A stretch of 64,000 bases of DNA from Eledone cirrhosa (Eukaryota): positions 54,808,001-54,872,000 of the forward strand of contig OZ024741.1 in the NCBI GenBank assembly GCA_964016885.1. Direction: 5' to 3'. A program made the translations under genes and the position numbers. Positions 43,501-57,966 of this stretch are shown piece after piece (the first letter of the stretch is position 1; every line of letters starts with the position of its first letter). The notes below the pieces were generated by a model. The model was not told the DNA's origin and did no database searches. It saw only the letters and a program-made list of their open reading frames with translations.

Positions 43501-46220
43501 GGGTCCCTATCTATGAGTTCTATCAGGGTTGAGTATGCAGGTCACTAATTTGTGATCCAACCATGAGCATCTCTGGACAGCTTAAAAGGTCCCTATCCTT
43601 ATTTCTAACTAGGACCCTATCTAGGTACGACCTAGATGATCCGCTAAGGTTTGTCCAAGTCCAGGTTGGCGCAGTCGGAAAATCTAATCGATATCTATCG
43701 CCCAGCTCAAATCGACCGATTAACTCCTTGAGGCTGTTACACCCCCCTCTATCGGGACATGCCCCCAACATAGTCCCAACGTGCATCTAGGTACCATTCC
43801 AGTCCCCCACTAAAAGCAAGGAGCGGGACGTCCCCAGAAAAGTCTACAGACGTTGGAAGAAGTCCTGCCGCGCTGACCCAAAAGGGACGTAGGCGGCGAC
43901 CAGATAAAGGCTCCGCCTTCACCACTGCCAACGTCTAAAACCACCAGTCGACCCTCCGGGTCCAGGTGTACCGTCTGTGCGGCGAGACCCAGATGTTTTT
44001 GCAGCAGAACGACAATCCCACCCCCACCTCCGGGCTGACAGAGAGATGCGTGCATCTCAAAGTCGTCAAAGGTGAGGGCTAGCTGGCGCACGCTGCTGAT
44101 CCGGGCCTCGCAAATGACCATCACATTTATACAGCGTGACCTGAGGTCATTTAGAAGTTTTGCTTGCTTCCAATATGAGCCCAGGCCACGCGCATTTAGA
44201 CAAGCCACTCTCAATACGGCCAGGTTGGTGGTAAAGAGAACAAGGAGGCACCTACCTCTCTGCGTCCCGGGGACCAGGCCGCACAATTTCCATGGGGGTG
44301 GGGGATGGGTTGTTGGGTGGGGTGGTGGTTTGAGGTAGTGTGGGGGCATCAGTGTGTGGTGGGGTTGGGCTGTTTGGAGTTGTGTGGGTGTTTGGGGAGG
44401 CGGTGGGGAATTTTTTTTAGGATGACGCGGTTAATGGGTCCGACGCAGGGGGGTCCCACGTCCTCTTTAAAATTGTCCTTTAAAATTGTCTATATGTCCC
44501 TTGGGACTTTTATCATTTTGAGGTGGTTGAAATCCCCTGCCTGGGTGAAGTTAGGCCCTTCGGTTTTTACCAAATTGTTATTATAAATAATGTTCAACAG
44601 TTTTTTGTTTCTTGCGTTTATGTATGTGTATGCATATTTTTGTTTTTGTGTGGTGTTTTTTGTTTGCTGTCGTTGTGTGTTCTTTTGTGTTGATGTCTGT
44701 GTTATGTTTTGGGGAGGGGTTGTTTTTATTTGTGTGCCTGAGGTGTGTTTTCTTTTCTTTCTTTTAACTTCTTGGAAATGCTCCCACTCGTCTGACGACG
44801 AACGGGAGTCGTCTTCCGTGTTGGAGGGGAGGGGTAAATTTTCGGGTAGTGTTTGCGGTGTGGGTGTTTTGGAAATATTTATTTTGAGTGTGGGGATGGG
44901 TTGGACAGTGTTTTGTTTTGTGTTAACTTGTAGTTGTTGTTTTTGTAGTGGTGGTGGTGGTGGTGGTGGTGGTGATTGTGTTGGTTGTGTAGTTGTTGGT
45001 GGTGTGGGCAGAGTTGGAGTTTTCCTTTTAAGTTGCGGACAGACAGCCCTCAGGTCACCTCTGGTTCCACAGAGGTAACACGAGGTCCACTACCCTCAAC
45101 AGTAATGTTTATAAAAGTTTGGTCATCAATTATGACGCGTTCAGGGATCTGGGCGATGCTTTCGGGCCTCATTTGAACTAAAAGTTTGAGGCCCGTTCCA
45201 CTAAACGCGTCACCCGATGCCTTTGCCATGGATATCAATATGTCATCGTTCAGGTCAAGAAAACCTGTTAACACCCACCATATGTCCATAATTGGAAGAA
45301 TGGTGTGTATTTTTATTTTCTGTGTCCTTCTACCCATGTACGTAGGGTAGAAGGTGTATGCGGTGGATGTAATAGGTTTTACCGAAAGTTTTTTTGCCGT
45401 GTCCTGGTCCTTCATGAGAATGGATAGACTCCCATAGAGTATATCCTTTTGTATGAATATCTTTCATTACATCTTTTAAGACCAGCTCTATCTCACTCTG
45501 TGATGGTTAAGCTGGTCTTTTCGTTTTATTTAACACTGTCCTAAACATCACTGTGTTTAGGACTCTCTGACTTTTTAGTTCCGGGGGGGGGGGGGGGTGA
45601 TCGAAAATGATCCATTTTCCCCGTATACTATGTATTTTTTGGCTTCTGTCAGTAGCTCCTTAGCGTTGCTTATGTCTACTGGCAGGTATTCAATGTTTTT
45701 TTTCGCAGTTTGATCAAAGGAAATCTTTCCATTATCCTTGTACCCGTTGTTTTCTTTTTCATTGCTTTTTTCTATTTTTTCTGTGTTTTCTTTGTCCATG
45801 CTGATGTTGTTTTGCAGTTTCTGTGTGTTTGTATTGTTGGTGTTTGTGTCGTTTGTATTTTCATACAATTTCATGTTAACATTTATTGGGTTTTTACCCA
45901 CATTTCACAATTTATAGTAGAAACATTGTCCATAATCGTATTTGAAAGTGAGAGGGGGGAAGTTTCAATTACATTCATTTGTTGTTCCTTTCTCCCACTT
46001 TCGTCAGGGGGCGTGGCAGAGTTGTTGTTGTTCATGGCGTCCATTATTGACATATATGTCAACAAACATTTTTAAAAGGTACTTTTTATCCCCCCCCCCC
46101 CCCCCTCTCCAAAAAAAAGTTTAATTCACACGGGGACACAAAATACAAACAAACACTGTTAACACGTAAAATATTCCAAAAAGGCAGGAGCTGAAGTTAC
46201 CTACGTCTATACCATCCGAG
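40582..46220 (-). mobile_element. Full-length but degenerate Tx1/L1-clade LINE (ORF1 + ORF2)
   Basis: ORF1 remnants ~44280-46040; ORF2 pieces ACLNARGL, SYLDRVL, DQSKAFDRVDH, AYADD, CPRC..HALVHC; GATA motif at both ends. Confidence 0.92.
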
Positions 46221-46496
46221 GATAGATAGATATGTTTCTTTTATTTGCCACCAGGGCATCAAAAGTGGGACAAGTACAAAGGGGGGAGTTTACACAAAAA
46301 GGCGTCCTCAATAAGGAGGAGGCAATAACAAAATATAAAAATAAAATAAAATATAACAAAAAATAAAATTTATAACAAAATCCTCAATAGAGAGGAGGCG
46401 CCTTGGGGGGTCGCACACACCCCCGAAAAAAGTGTGCAACCCTTTTCCTCAGGAGCACAGAGAGGGGGTGCTCCCTCGTTCCTTCCTCTTTTCCAC

Positions 46497-49400
46497 CTAC
46501 AGGCTTATGTAAAGAGAAGGCCCATTCACACGGGCCATTCTCGCCACTTTCACCCACCTTTCATAAAAACGACTGGGGTGGAGCACCTCTCTCTCCATCC
46601 TGATCCTTCTTCCGAAATGATATCGGAAGAAACGGACCAGTTGTTGGCCAGAGAGAAAGGTGCCTGACCTCAGTCCTTTCAGACGCGTCCACCATACAAC
46701 CTCTTTCGCCATGGCTATTACGCACAGAAACACCGCTTCTGCTTCATCTTTGAAGGGGGGAGGCGGCTTGATCATTACAATAGACTCGGTGGTCAACCGG
46801 ATCGGTCCCACCCTTGACAGCAGTTGTTCCACATAGCCCCACAGATCGGCTACGCCCGAGCAGTGTACCAATGCGTGTGCAACGGTTTCCTCGTCGCACA
46901 CGCATCTGGGACAGATCTTTTTGGCGGGGTCCCTACCCGGGCGCCCGTGTCTGTAGAGCTTTTCTCTAACGGGTAAAGCCCCTCGGTAGCACTGCCAGGC
47001 CAGGGACTTCTGGAAGTTGTCCATAGGTCCCGGGCTGAATATCCTACCGAACAGGCTGGCCAGTTCGTCCTCCTCCATGTCTAGGGCTTCTCCGAGGGCG
47101 TCGTCGCACCTGCTGCGTACCAGCCCTCTATAGAATGTTGCGGTGGAGTCTCCACTGATAACCGGATCCGCCTGCCAGAGGGCGGTGAGCGCCTGGGCAC
47201 ACTCAGTGTGCCAGGCGCCCAGTTTTCTCGGTCTTTGCTTGACCCAGGATTGCAGCTCGGTGAGTGAGACGAGTCTGGGAAAGGTTCGTCTCACAAACGA
47301 GGCCCACACCGGTTGTCCGGTGAGGAATACGTAGAGGTGCCGTAGCCTTAATGCGTGTTTACGCATCATTAGCCACGGCATCCCCAGCCCTCCTTTCGAA
47401 GGCTGTTGACAGCAGATGGATCTCCTCACCATAGGAGCCCGCCTCTTCCAAAGGAATTGGAAGAGCGCGCGCTCCATCTTGGTGAGGGTTTCCCTTGGGC
47501 AGGGCACTACGGTCAGGCGGTAGTAGATGACGGACGCTATATAAGTGTTCGCCACCTCCGCCCGACCTTTCAGGGATAGTTTGCAACTGGCCCACTTGTG
47601 GGTCAGTGCAAACACCCTGTTCGTAACCTCCGCCCAGTTTTTCTCCACCTGGAGGTCCGGTCCGAACCAGACCCCGAGCAACTTCACCGGGCCCTCCGTC
47701 CAGCGTCCGACGACGCCATCAGAGGGCATCGGTCTGCCCCTCCACGTGCCGAGTTGCAAACCGATCGACTTGTCCCGGTTCAGCTTAGCCCCTGTGAACT
47801 TTTCGTACTCCTCCAGTAAGGTGCCGACCGCCTCGATTTCGGAGGCCGTCGACACCATTACTGTCACATCATCGGCGTAGGCTGACACCGCTTTCCGCAA
47901 TCCCGATTCCAAAGGGATGCCCTGCAACAACTCCAACTTCCGCAGTAGTGGCTCGAGAGTCAACACATACAGAAGGGAGGAGAGAGGGCACCCTTGTCGG
48001 ATGGACCGCGCGATTTTGAACGGCTCCGAGAGGTAGCCGTTCACCTTGACCCTAGAGCAGATGCGGCTGCTGTGCATAGCAGTGATCCAGCCCCTGAAAA
48101 CGGGTCCGAAGCCTGCCGCCGCTAGCACCGCATCCAGGTAACCATGGTCGACCCTATCGAACGCCTTAGATTGATCCAAGTTGATCAGAGACCCACCAAA
48201 GCCGGGTTCGTTCCCAACCCTCTCTATGATGTATCGCATTAGGTGGAGGTTGTCATGGATGGACCTGGACGGGATAGCGCATGTCTGCGCATCTCCCACC
48301 AGGTTGCCCACGACAAGCGCCAACCTCTTTGCTAGCACCTTGGCCAAAATCTGTAACTCTGTATTTAGCAGAGTTATGGGCCTGAAGTTACTTATTTCGT
48401 CCCCCTTGTTCTCGTCCTTCCTCACTAGCGTGACTACGCCCTTGGTCACAGTACAGGGAATTCTCCCGTTCTGTTGCCAGTTGCAGTAGACCGCCTCGAG
48501 GAGATCGGGGAACAAGTCCGGCATAGCTAGATATAATTCGTAAGGAAGACCATCGAGACCCGGGGATTTGCGTTTGCCGCATTGGCTCAGCACGTCCTCT
48601 ATCTCAGCGGCCGAAATCGGCTCCTCGCAGGACTTCGCCTCCCTGTCCGAGAGGCGCGGCAGGCCGTCGAGGTATGGACCGAAGTCCACGTTCTCAACCG
48701 GCTCCCCGCCCCTCCCGAACAGTCGGGCAAAATGCCTTTGAAAGGCCTCACACATCTGCTTAGGCTCAAGAATCGCCCGTCCATCCAGGTCTCGCAAAGA
48801 CCGGATGGTGGATTTAGTTCCACTGTTGGCCTCTGTCACGCGGGCCCAGCTAACAGCTTTGGCCCCCTCGTTCCCTAGAGCACGTATTTTACTTCGGACA
48901 ACGCAGCCTTCGTGCTTCGCGTCGAAAAACTGGCTCAAAGCCGTTCTCGACGCTAGCACTCTGGCCACGTCGCCGCTTCTAATTGCCTCTTCTACTCTAT
49001 CTATTAGCTCCCTTTCCTTCCTATTCCTATCCGCAGCTAGAACCTTACTAAATTCAATCGAGACTACTCTAATCTCTCTCTTTAGAGATACCCACCACCT
49101 GCTGTTGACGATCGCTCCAGTCAACCGTTCCTTAACTAACGTACTAATCCGATTCCTGTAGGCTCTACTTGCCGGCAAGGACAAGTTGAGCTTCCAGTAA
49201 CCGGGGCCCTGTCTATGCGTTCTATCAAGGTTGACCATGCAGGTCACCAACTTGTGGTCTGAATAGCCAACCATGAGCATTTCTGGACAACTTAAAAAGT
49301 CCCTGTCCTTATTTCTAACTAAAAATCTATCTAGGTACGATCTAGATGATCCGCTGCGATTTGACCAAGACCAGGTTGGCACCGTCGGAAAATCTAGTCG

Positions 49401-49935
49401 AAATCTATCGGCCAGGTCAAATCGGCCGAGTAACCCCTTGAGGCTGTTGCACCCCTCTCTATCGGGACATGCCCCTGCATAGTCCCAACGTGCATCCAGG
49501 ATACCATTCCAATCCCCCACTAAAAGCAGGGAACGGGACGTCCCTAGAAAAGACTCCAGACGCTGGAAAAAGTCGGGCCGCTCTGTCCCAAAAGGGGCAT
49601 ATGCGGCTATCAGCCTAAAGGCTCTACCTTCACCACTGCCAAGGTCCAGCACCACCAGTCGACCTCCTGGGTCCAAGTGAACTATCTGTGTTGCAAGGCC
49701 CATATGTTTTTGCAGCAGAACGACAACGCCACCCTCCACCTCCGGGCTGACAGAGAGATGCGTGCATCTCAAAGTCGTCAAAGGTGGGGGCTAGCTGTCG
49801 CATGCTGCTGATCCGGGCCTCGCAGATAACCATCACATTTATAGATTGTGACCTGAGGTCATTTAGAAGCATTGCTTGCTTCCAAGACGAGCCCAGGCCA
49901 CGCGCATTTAGACACCCTACTCTTAGCACAGCCAT
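46497..49935 (-). CDS. Tx1 ORF2: APE endonuclease, RT, C-terminal CCHC; one frameshift near 49735
   Basis: MAVLRVGCLNARGL; GDWN; SYLDRF; SDH; SIRQGCPLS; AYADD; LLG; CPRC..HALVHC; otherwise open for over 1070 codons. Confidence 0.9.
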
Positions 49936-49990
49936 GTTGGTGGTAAAGAGAAAAGGCACTTACCTCTCTGCGTCCCGGGAAACGGGCCGC

Positions 49991-51060
49991 TCAATTTCCA
50001 TGCTGGTTGGGGATGGGTTGTTGGGTGGGGTTGTGGTTTGTGGAAGTGAAGGGGCATCGGTGTGTTGTGGGGTTGGGGTGTTTGTCGTTGAGTGGGTGTC
50101 TGGGTGGGGTGGGGGGGTGAAATTTTTTTAGGAGGACGCGGTTGATTGGTTTGGCGCAGGGGAGGCCCACGTCCTCCGTGAAATTTATTTTCAGTGTTTT
50201 GTACAAGTGCATTGGGACTTTTATCATTTTCAAATGAGGTAGTCCCACAGCAGTTATAAAGTTTGGCCCTTCAGTTTGGACCGAAGGGTTTGCTGAAATT
50301 GTTTTCCGTAATTCTTTGTTGTCTGTGTTCATGTATGTGTATTGTAAGGTCTTTTTTTGTGTAGCAGTTAGTGTTGTGTGACAGGGAGGGGTGGTTTGTG
50401 TGTAGTTTGTGTTCTCTTGGGGAGGATTAAAGTTAACATGTGTGTCTGTGGTGCGTCTCCTCTTCTTTCTTTTTACTTGTTGGAAGGGATCTTTTTCGTC
50501 TTGCGACGAAAGAGGTTCGTCTTCCTTGTTGGGTGGGAGGGGTATGTTTTCTGGTAGTGTTTGCGGTGTGCGTGTTTTTGTATTTGTTTTGGGTGGGGAG
50601 GGATTGGGTGGGACAGTATTCTGTGTTATTTTTTCACGTGTTTGTTGTTGTTGTTGTTGTGGTGGTGGTGGTGGGGTTGTTGGTTTTTGTTGTTGTTGTG
50701 GTTGTTTTTGTTGTTGTAGTTGGGGTGGTGTTGGTGTTGGTAGCAGTGTTTTTTTCTGTGTGAGCTGGGGACAGGCAGCCCTCAGGTGACCTCTATTGCC
50801 ACAGAGGTAACAGGAGGGACGCCTACCCTCCACAATAATGTTGAGGTGGGTACGGTCATCCAGCATGACGCGCTCAGGGATTTGGGCGATGCGTTCTGGC
50901 CTTATTTGGGTCAGAACTTCGAGGCTCGTTCCACTGAACGCGTCGCCGGATGCCTTCCCTATTGAGATGAGGTTGTCCTCGTCTAAATTGAGGAAACCGG
51001 TTAGTAACCACCAGTAGTTTATGTTTGGGGTGATGGTGGTTATCCATATCCTCTGGGTTT
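49991..51060 (-). CDS. Tx1 ORF1 (5'-truncated) with CCHC zinc knuckle and Q/P-rich tail
   Basis: [22 protein letters not shown]; KRKKRRR basic patch. Confidence 0.8.
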
Positions 51061-51111
51061 TGATAGATAGATAGACAGACAGACAGATAGACAGACAGAC
51101 AGACAGACAGT

Positions 51112-51188
<77 letters not shown>

Positions 51189-52016
51189 CAGATAAAATGG
51201 TGAACTACCGTTTTCATAAAAACCAGCATATCTCAATTTATATCCCGTTCAAATTGTTCTTTATCTTTATCTTTAGTTTCTTTTCAAATATTTTTCCTTC
51301 TACCCAGTGTTGCCTTGTTTTCTCTATGTTCATCTTGTTCTTGCTATTATTGATCTTGTCGACAATAATGATATTGCTGTTGTACTTATTGATTATGTTG
51401 TTATTGTTGTTGCTGTTGTTGTCATCGTTATATATGAAAATTTATTTTGATCGTTCTTTTGTTATGAGATTTTTGTGATAGTGTCAGATTTTCTTGTCGT
51501 TACGGAACTATGTAAATAGGAAAACGATTGTTTATCATACAGGGAATGCCTTTGGTAATGTGTATCTGTGTGTGTTTCTGTGTTTTCTTTGTTTGTGTGT
51601 GTGTGTGTTTGTTCTTGTTGCTTCTGTTGTTGTTGTTATTGTGATTGCTGTCTGTTCGGTTATTTGTAGTCAGTGCCTATTATATTAGCTGGCAGAGTAT
51701 AGGCATCTTTATTATATATAGAAACGACAACTACAGGACTAGAACTGTTACAATCGTATGAAATCTCTCTGATGATTTCATACAAATGAAACAGTCCTGT
51801 ACAAGTCATTTCTATATATAGTAAAGATATATATATATATTTAAATGAAAAAACAATTTCTCTAATTAAGAGGAAACGTGAGTGTATTTGAATACATATG
51901 AAAATAAGAAAATTCATCGCTAGAAAAGTCGTTAAAATAGCTAAATGCTGTCAAAGACATCGATGGGCAAAAGTGCCGCAGAGGACAGAGACCAACGGCA
52001 AGTGTTCAACAGTGTT

Positions 52017-52085
<69 letters not shown>

Positions 52086-52391
52086 AAGGGTTGCAATTAA
52101 ATGCGTCCGTAAGCGGTATGCTGTTTGACCACTCGATGCTCGCGCAGAGCAAAGTATATTATTATAGATAACGAGGAATCAGTAAGGCATCAAAACACAA
52201 TTTATTAAGATATTACATATGTTTCTCCGTCGGTCAGCTCGGGGCACGACCTGTTACAGATCGAACTCGACTCTGCATTCGCAAGTTCCTCAGATACGTC
52301 TTGTGTATTCAAAGCATTCTATCCGATGGAATATACAAGTTTTACAGAAGCCAGTAAGGGTGTCTGAGTATGCTTGCTCAATCTGATAACA

Positions 52392-53232
52392 CTTTCATCC
52401 TTACGGGGTCGATAAAATAAAGTGCCAGTAATACACTGGGATAATTGCTGGCCTTGTGCCAAAAGTAGAAACAATTATTTAATCGGCGGTGTGAGGGCGG
52501 TGGATTGACAGAATCAGTAGAGTGTCGGATACCATCCTTCGCGGCATTGAGTTACGACCCTTTATGTTCTGAGTTCAAATCGCGCCAAAGTTAACTTTGA
52601 CTTTCATCCTTATGGCATCGATAAAATAAAGCACTAGTAAGCGCTGGAGTCGATTTAATCGACTTTCCCCTCCACTTCAAATTGCTGGCCTTGTGCCTAA
52701 ATCAGAAACCATTATTTAATCGGCGATGGATTGGCAGTATTAGCAGGGTGTCGGACACTATGTTTTGCACCATAGAGATACACTCCTTTACGTTCAAATC
52801 CCGCTCAGGTTAGCTTTAACTTTCATCCTTGCGTAGTCGATAAAATGAAATGCCAGTAGCTCACTGGGATCGATTATTGGCTTTGTCCCTAAATCAGGAA
52901 CCACTGTTTAATCGGTTCCGAGAGTGTTGGACATCAAATCGCCGTCGGCTCGATTTGAAACTGTGACGGGTTGGAAACAAGAAGCTATCAAATACCACGT
53001 AACATCTACTCCTTCATTGTACTGGTTTTGCACCACTCAGCCGATTAAATAATTGTTTCTACATTTGGCACAAGGCCAACAATTACCCAGTACATTACTG
53101 GTACTTTATTTTATCGACCCCGTAGGATGAAAGACAAAGTTAACCTTGGCGGGGTTTGAACTCAGACCATAAAGAGCCGTAACTCAAAGCATGACTTCCG
53201 ACCCTCTACCGATACTGCCAATCCACCGCCAA
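52392..53232. mobile_element. Cluster of four tRNA-SINE copies (three +, one -)
   Basis: Core repeated at ~52392, 52595 and 52812 (+) and 53045-53232 (-); same family as 25841. Confidence 0.85.
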
Positions 53233-53881
53233 CAATAATAATAGGAACGGCAGCAGCTAAGACAAGAGAAATAATAAGAGTAACAATATCAACAGCAACA
53301 ATATCAACAGAAACAACTGTAACAAAACAATCAACAACAACCACGCTAACAGTAGAAACAATAACAGTATTGTTTGGGAGTTTGTTTATTTGTTTTTTCA
53401 TATTTTATTATTGTCTATTTTCTAGACAAGAAATACTATTTCGCCAAAATATGGACGATCGTAAATTTTAATTGGACCCATTTAGTAAATATTTGTAAGT
53501 TTTTACAACATATTATAGTCATTTTGGTATATTAATTGATGTCTTGATCTTTATCAATGACATTAGCTACCAAGAATTAAGGGGACATAATTTCAATGAG
53601 AACATTGTAGAAAGGCATTCGGAATATACTTTATTTTTATCTTACTTATTGAACTGTACAAAAGCCAGCCACTATCATATAATTATGAGAAACAACTCCA
53701 CGTGTTCGGCCGGCCTCCTGTATCATTGTGTATGTGTGTAGGGGCCGGCCGTCAAAGAAACAACACCACGTGTTCGGCCGTCCTCCTGTATCATGAAAAG
53801 AAAATCTTTTTACGGGGAAATTATTAGATTTTACCAAATTTAAAGGATTCTTATGAACTTTCTATGTTTATTTATGTTTTG

Positions 53882-53939
53882 TCGTCTGAAGAGCTTAGGC
53901 TATTATAATTGATAGTCATCAGTGAAATATGTATAACGG
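53882..53939 (+). ncRNA. Type I minimal hammerhead ribozyme
   Basis: tcgt CTGAAGA gct..agt GAAA tatgta TA acgg. Confidence 0.7.
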
Positions 53940-54118
53940 AGATTTAAATAAATCTGAATCAACTGAATATGGCCTCCGAACTTTTATTAATGTTCCGTCT
54001 TGTATCATTTATACAGGAAGTTGAGCGCTTCTTTTTATCTGCTTGACAACCGACCGACCATACCATGGTGTTATCCGCACATCCCTGTTCTGTTAACCTC
54101 TATATATGTGTATACATG

Positions 54119-54159
<41 letters not shown>

Positions 54160-54171
54160 TAATATAGATGA

Positions 54172-54231
54172 GATTCTACAGGACTAGAACTGTTTCATTC
54201 TTTAGAAATCATCAGGAATCTGGCTGTCCAA
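54172..54231 (-). ncRNA. Type I hammerhead ribozyme
   Basis: agattc CTGATGA tttc taaa gaat GAAA cag ttctagtc ctg TA gaatct; degenerate relative with micro-inversion at 51733-51802. Confidence 0.8.
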
Positions 54232-54639
54232 AATAAATGTTGTATTTATATCTTTTCAGGTGGTAGGAGAGGGTGAGCAGTGGGATGGGTGGAGGTCATT
54301 GGTTGAAAGAAAAGGGAATTCATTAAAAGCTAATTCTTTAAGGCTATAATTTATATTTAGAGTGACAAAGGCAGAAAGAATTATATAAACAAGTTCAAAT
54401 TGGGGTGCCACTCCTTATTTTTAAGTTTCTCTTAAGCTATCAATGCCTATATTTCAGGTGTCTATAAGATGGTTGGGGGTCGGTCATGGTTGATGGATTT
54501 AAAGAAAAGGGAAATTCTTTAAAGCTCTACTTAGAGTGACAAAGGCCAAGAGAATTCTATAAACCAGTTCAAATATTGGGTGCCTATCATTATTGTCATG
54601 TTTCTCTTATGCTAAATTTCAGGTGCCAACAGACACATT

Positions 54640-54672
<33 letters not shown>

Positions 54673-54673
<1 letters not shown>

Positions 54674-56405
54674 AATCCGAGGTTGGCCTTGCAAGTAAAA
54701 AAATCTTAAGAAAAATAATTCTCTAAATTAGAACTAACACTGACCTATCACAGCGGCTAAATACTTCCTCTGTTATTTCTTGGTTTAATAATATACAAGG
54801 TAAAAATAAGTGTAGACTTACCCAATTTTATATTGTCGATTTTTACCCCTCTATTACTGTTTCCTTATTAACTAATGCCTTAGATTTTGCAAGACCCTTC
54901 ATTAATATTTCTAAATTAGAAGACATTATCTTTCATGCTAGAAAAACTTTACTCTTTACTAATGATAATATTTGGGTTAAAAAGTCAAACCCTGAAAACT
55001 CTTTTGATGTTGCAATGGGTTCATATGACAGTGCGGATGTGTGTGACTTAGTAGGATTATTCCTTCTCCACACCCTCAAAGACAAATTTCCTTCCCATAA
55101 TATCGGTTTATACCGTGATGACGGATTAGCAGTTTCTCATACCACCAACGGCCATAACCATGATAAATTCCGTAAAGATTTAATCAATACTTTTGCTAAT
55201 CTTAACCTTAAAATCACTATAGATACGAACCTTACTAATGCTAACTTTCTTGATATTAATCTTGATCTACTTACCGCCTCTTTTAAACCCTATCATAAAC
55301 CTAATGAAAATCTTAGGTATATACACAAAGAGTCTTGCCATCCCCCTATAGTTTTTAATAATCTTATTCCTAACATTAGCCGTAGGATTTCTACCTTATC
55401 TTCGTCTATAGACATTTTTAATAAAGCCGTCCCTTATTTTAATAAAGCCCTTAAGAACAGCGGTTTTACAGAAAAAAATTCTTATTTACCTACTCCCCCC
55501 CCCCCCTAAAACTAACCACAATAACAGGAAAAGGAAGATTATTTGGTTCACACCCCCCCTTCTCTCTAACTGTCAAAACTAATGTAGGAAGGAAATTCCT
55601 TGAACTCTTAGACAAACATTTTCCTCCTAATCATAGATATTATAAGATATTTAATAGGAACGTAGTTAAGATCAGCTACTCTTGTTGCCCATCTATGAAG
55701 TCCAAAATCACCAGTTCAAACCATACGAGAACAAATCCAGGATACAGTTGCAGGAAGCCGGATGAATGCCCATTGCAGGGTAAATGTAACACCAAATCTG
55801 TTGTTTATGAGGCAAGAATAACACCGGTAATCAACAACCAGCCAGCCAGGAGTGAGCGATATGTCGGTATGACCCAGGACAGGTTTAAAACTAGATTTTA
55901 CTCACATGTAACTTCTTTTAAGCACTCCGATAAACGAGCATCAACGGCCCTCGCAAGTAAGGTGTGGGAATTCAAGGATAGTAACATCCCGTACTCTATC
56001 GATTGGTCTATATTAGACCATTCGAGGGAGTACCAAAGGGGCACAAAGAATTGTTCTTTGTGTACCACAGAAAAATATAGGATTTTGCTAATCTTGAGAG
56101 CCACTTCCGCTTGCCTTAACTCAAAGACTGAGATCTTCAGATGCTGGCCTCATCTGAAATCGCATCTGATCTGTAACTGGATTGACACTCCTATGATAAA
56201 TCAACCGCCTTGAACTCCTTTCCTGCTCTTTACTTCTGCTGCGGTTTTTTTATTTTGCTGAATCTACGTTCTGTACTCTTGCATATATTTTTTTCTCCCT
56301 TATCTCCCCTTATATTTCACCTTTTCCTATGTCTTCCCGCTTCCCATATATTCTTTTTGCCTTACCCTTCACATACCTATGTGTATGTGTATGTATATTT
56401 ATGTG

Positions 56406-56436
<31 letters not shown>

Positions 56437-56590
56437 GTATATATATGTGTGTGTATATATATATGTATATGTAGATAGACCAGGTTTTTTTCATTCTGAA
56501 GATTGAAGGAAAATTTTTTTTGCTTTTAAGAAACCACTGGTGAATGGAATAATTGCCTTATGTTGCTTATTACTTTATTACTTTACTACT
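54673..56590 (+). mobile_element. Hydra-group-like PLE, 5'-truncated: RT + GIY-YIG + pLTR
   Basis: KSEVGLASK, VDFYPSI, FDVAMGSYDSADVCDLVG, GLYRDDGL, NFLDI, CPLQGKC, YVGMT, CSLC; HHR at 56490-56549 has G at position 17. Confidence 0.92.
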
Positions 56591-56666
56591 ATATATATGT
56601 ATATGTAAGGTTCATATGAATTATCTAAGACTGAGTTTTACACACACACACATGTATGTGTGTGTG

Positions 56667-56723
<57 letters not shown>

Positions 56724-56978
56724 ATTTGGTTGTGCGTGTTTATGATATGTACGTATTTGTATGTGTATAATTGTATAGCTATGTATGTATATGTGTGTGT
56801 GTATGTATACATATATGTGTGTGTGTGTGTATTTTTATATTTATATATTTATTTATATATATATATATATATGTATTTATGTATTTATGTATATGTGTAT
56901 ATACGTGTATATCTGTAGATGTGTATGTATATGTTTGTATATGTGTATATATATATATATATAAATATATTGTATATG

Positions 56979-57012
<34 letters not shown>

Positions 57013-57906
57013 TTGTATATATATATGTATATATATATATATATATTGTATATGTATATATATATATATGTGTGTGTATATGCGTATGTATAATTGTATA
57101 CGTGTGTGTGTGTGTGTGCGTGTTTGTGCATGTATTTGTGCATGTGTATGCATGTGTTTATGTATTCGTATATGTATATTTATGTGTGAGAGTGTGTGTA
57201 TGTATTCACTATTTCATACGTATGTATACGTGCATTTGTGTGTATTACTTACCACGCGTGTCTGTTCATCTACCCGCTGTTTGTATCGCTGTCAACTCTA
57301 TAATAATTTTTATTTTTTATATATATATTTTTTCTTATATTTATTTGCGTGTGTGAATATGTAGAGGAGTGCATTTATGTATGTGTATGTATGTACGTGT
57401 GTATATATGTATGATTGTGTGCATGTATGTATGTATGTATGTATATGTATGTGTGTATGGCTATGTTTGTGTATGTGTATGCTTGTACATATATATATAT
57501 ATGTATATATATATATATGTATATATATATGTATATATATATATATATATTTATGTTCATATATGTATGTATGTGTGTATATATGTGTGTGTGGTTGTAT
57601 ATATGTATGTGTATGTATGGATGTGTTGATATTTGTGTGCGTATGTATGTGTATGTATTTATATACACATATATATGTGTGTATATATGTGTGTGTGTAT
57701 GTATGAGTGTATGTGTATATATATATATATATATGTGTGTGTGTATGTATGTATGCTTTTTTTGTGTGTGTGGGTGTTTTTGTGTGTGTGTTTGCATGTG
57801 TGGTTTTATTTTATTTTTCCTTTCCTTCTTCTTTCTCCAGCCTCACTTTCATATAAATTGCATTTTTGTTTTTTAAAATCCAAATTCAATAAACAGACCA
57901 GGATTT

Positions 57907-57966
57907 TTTCATTCTGAGGATTGAAAGCAAAATCTTTTGCTTTTAAGAAACCACTGGTAAATGGAA
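57907..57966 (+). ncRNA. Type I hammerhead in a second pLTR copy (direct repeat of ~56475-56590)
   Basis: tttcatt CTGAGGA ttgaaagcaaa..tttgcttttaa GAAA cc act gg TA aatggaa. Confidence 0.8.

Larger units (their letters stand above)
46221..51061 (-). mobile_element. Second Tx1/L1-clade LINE, 5'-truncated in ORF1, in (GATA)n
   Basis: Head-to-tail paralogue of 40582-46220; gatagataga at 46221 and (GATA/GACA)n at 51062-51190. Confidence 0.95.

Noticed and set aside
52080-52370. Possible solo LTR (TG start, reverse-strand AATAAA)
   Set aside because: No second LTR, PBS, PPT or TSD identifiable.
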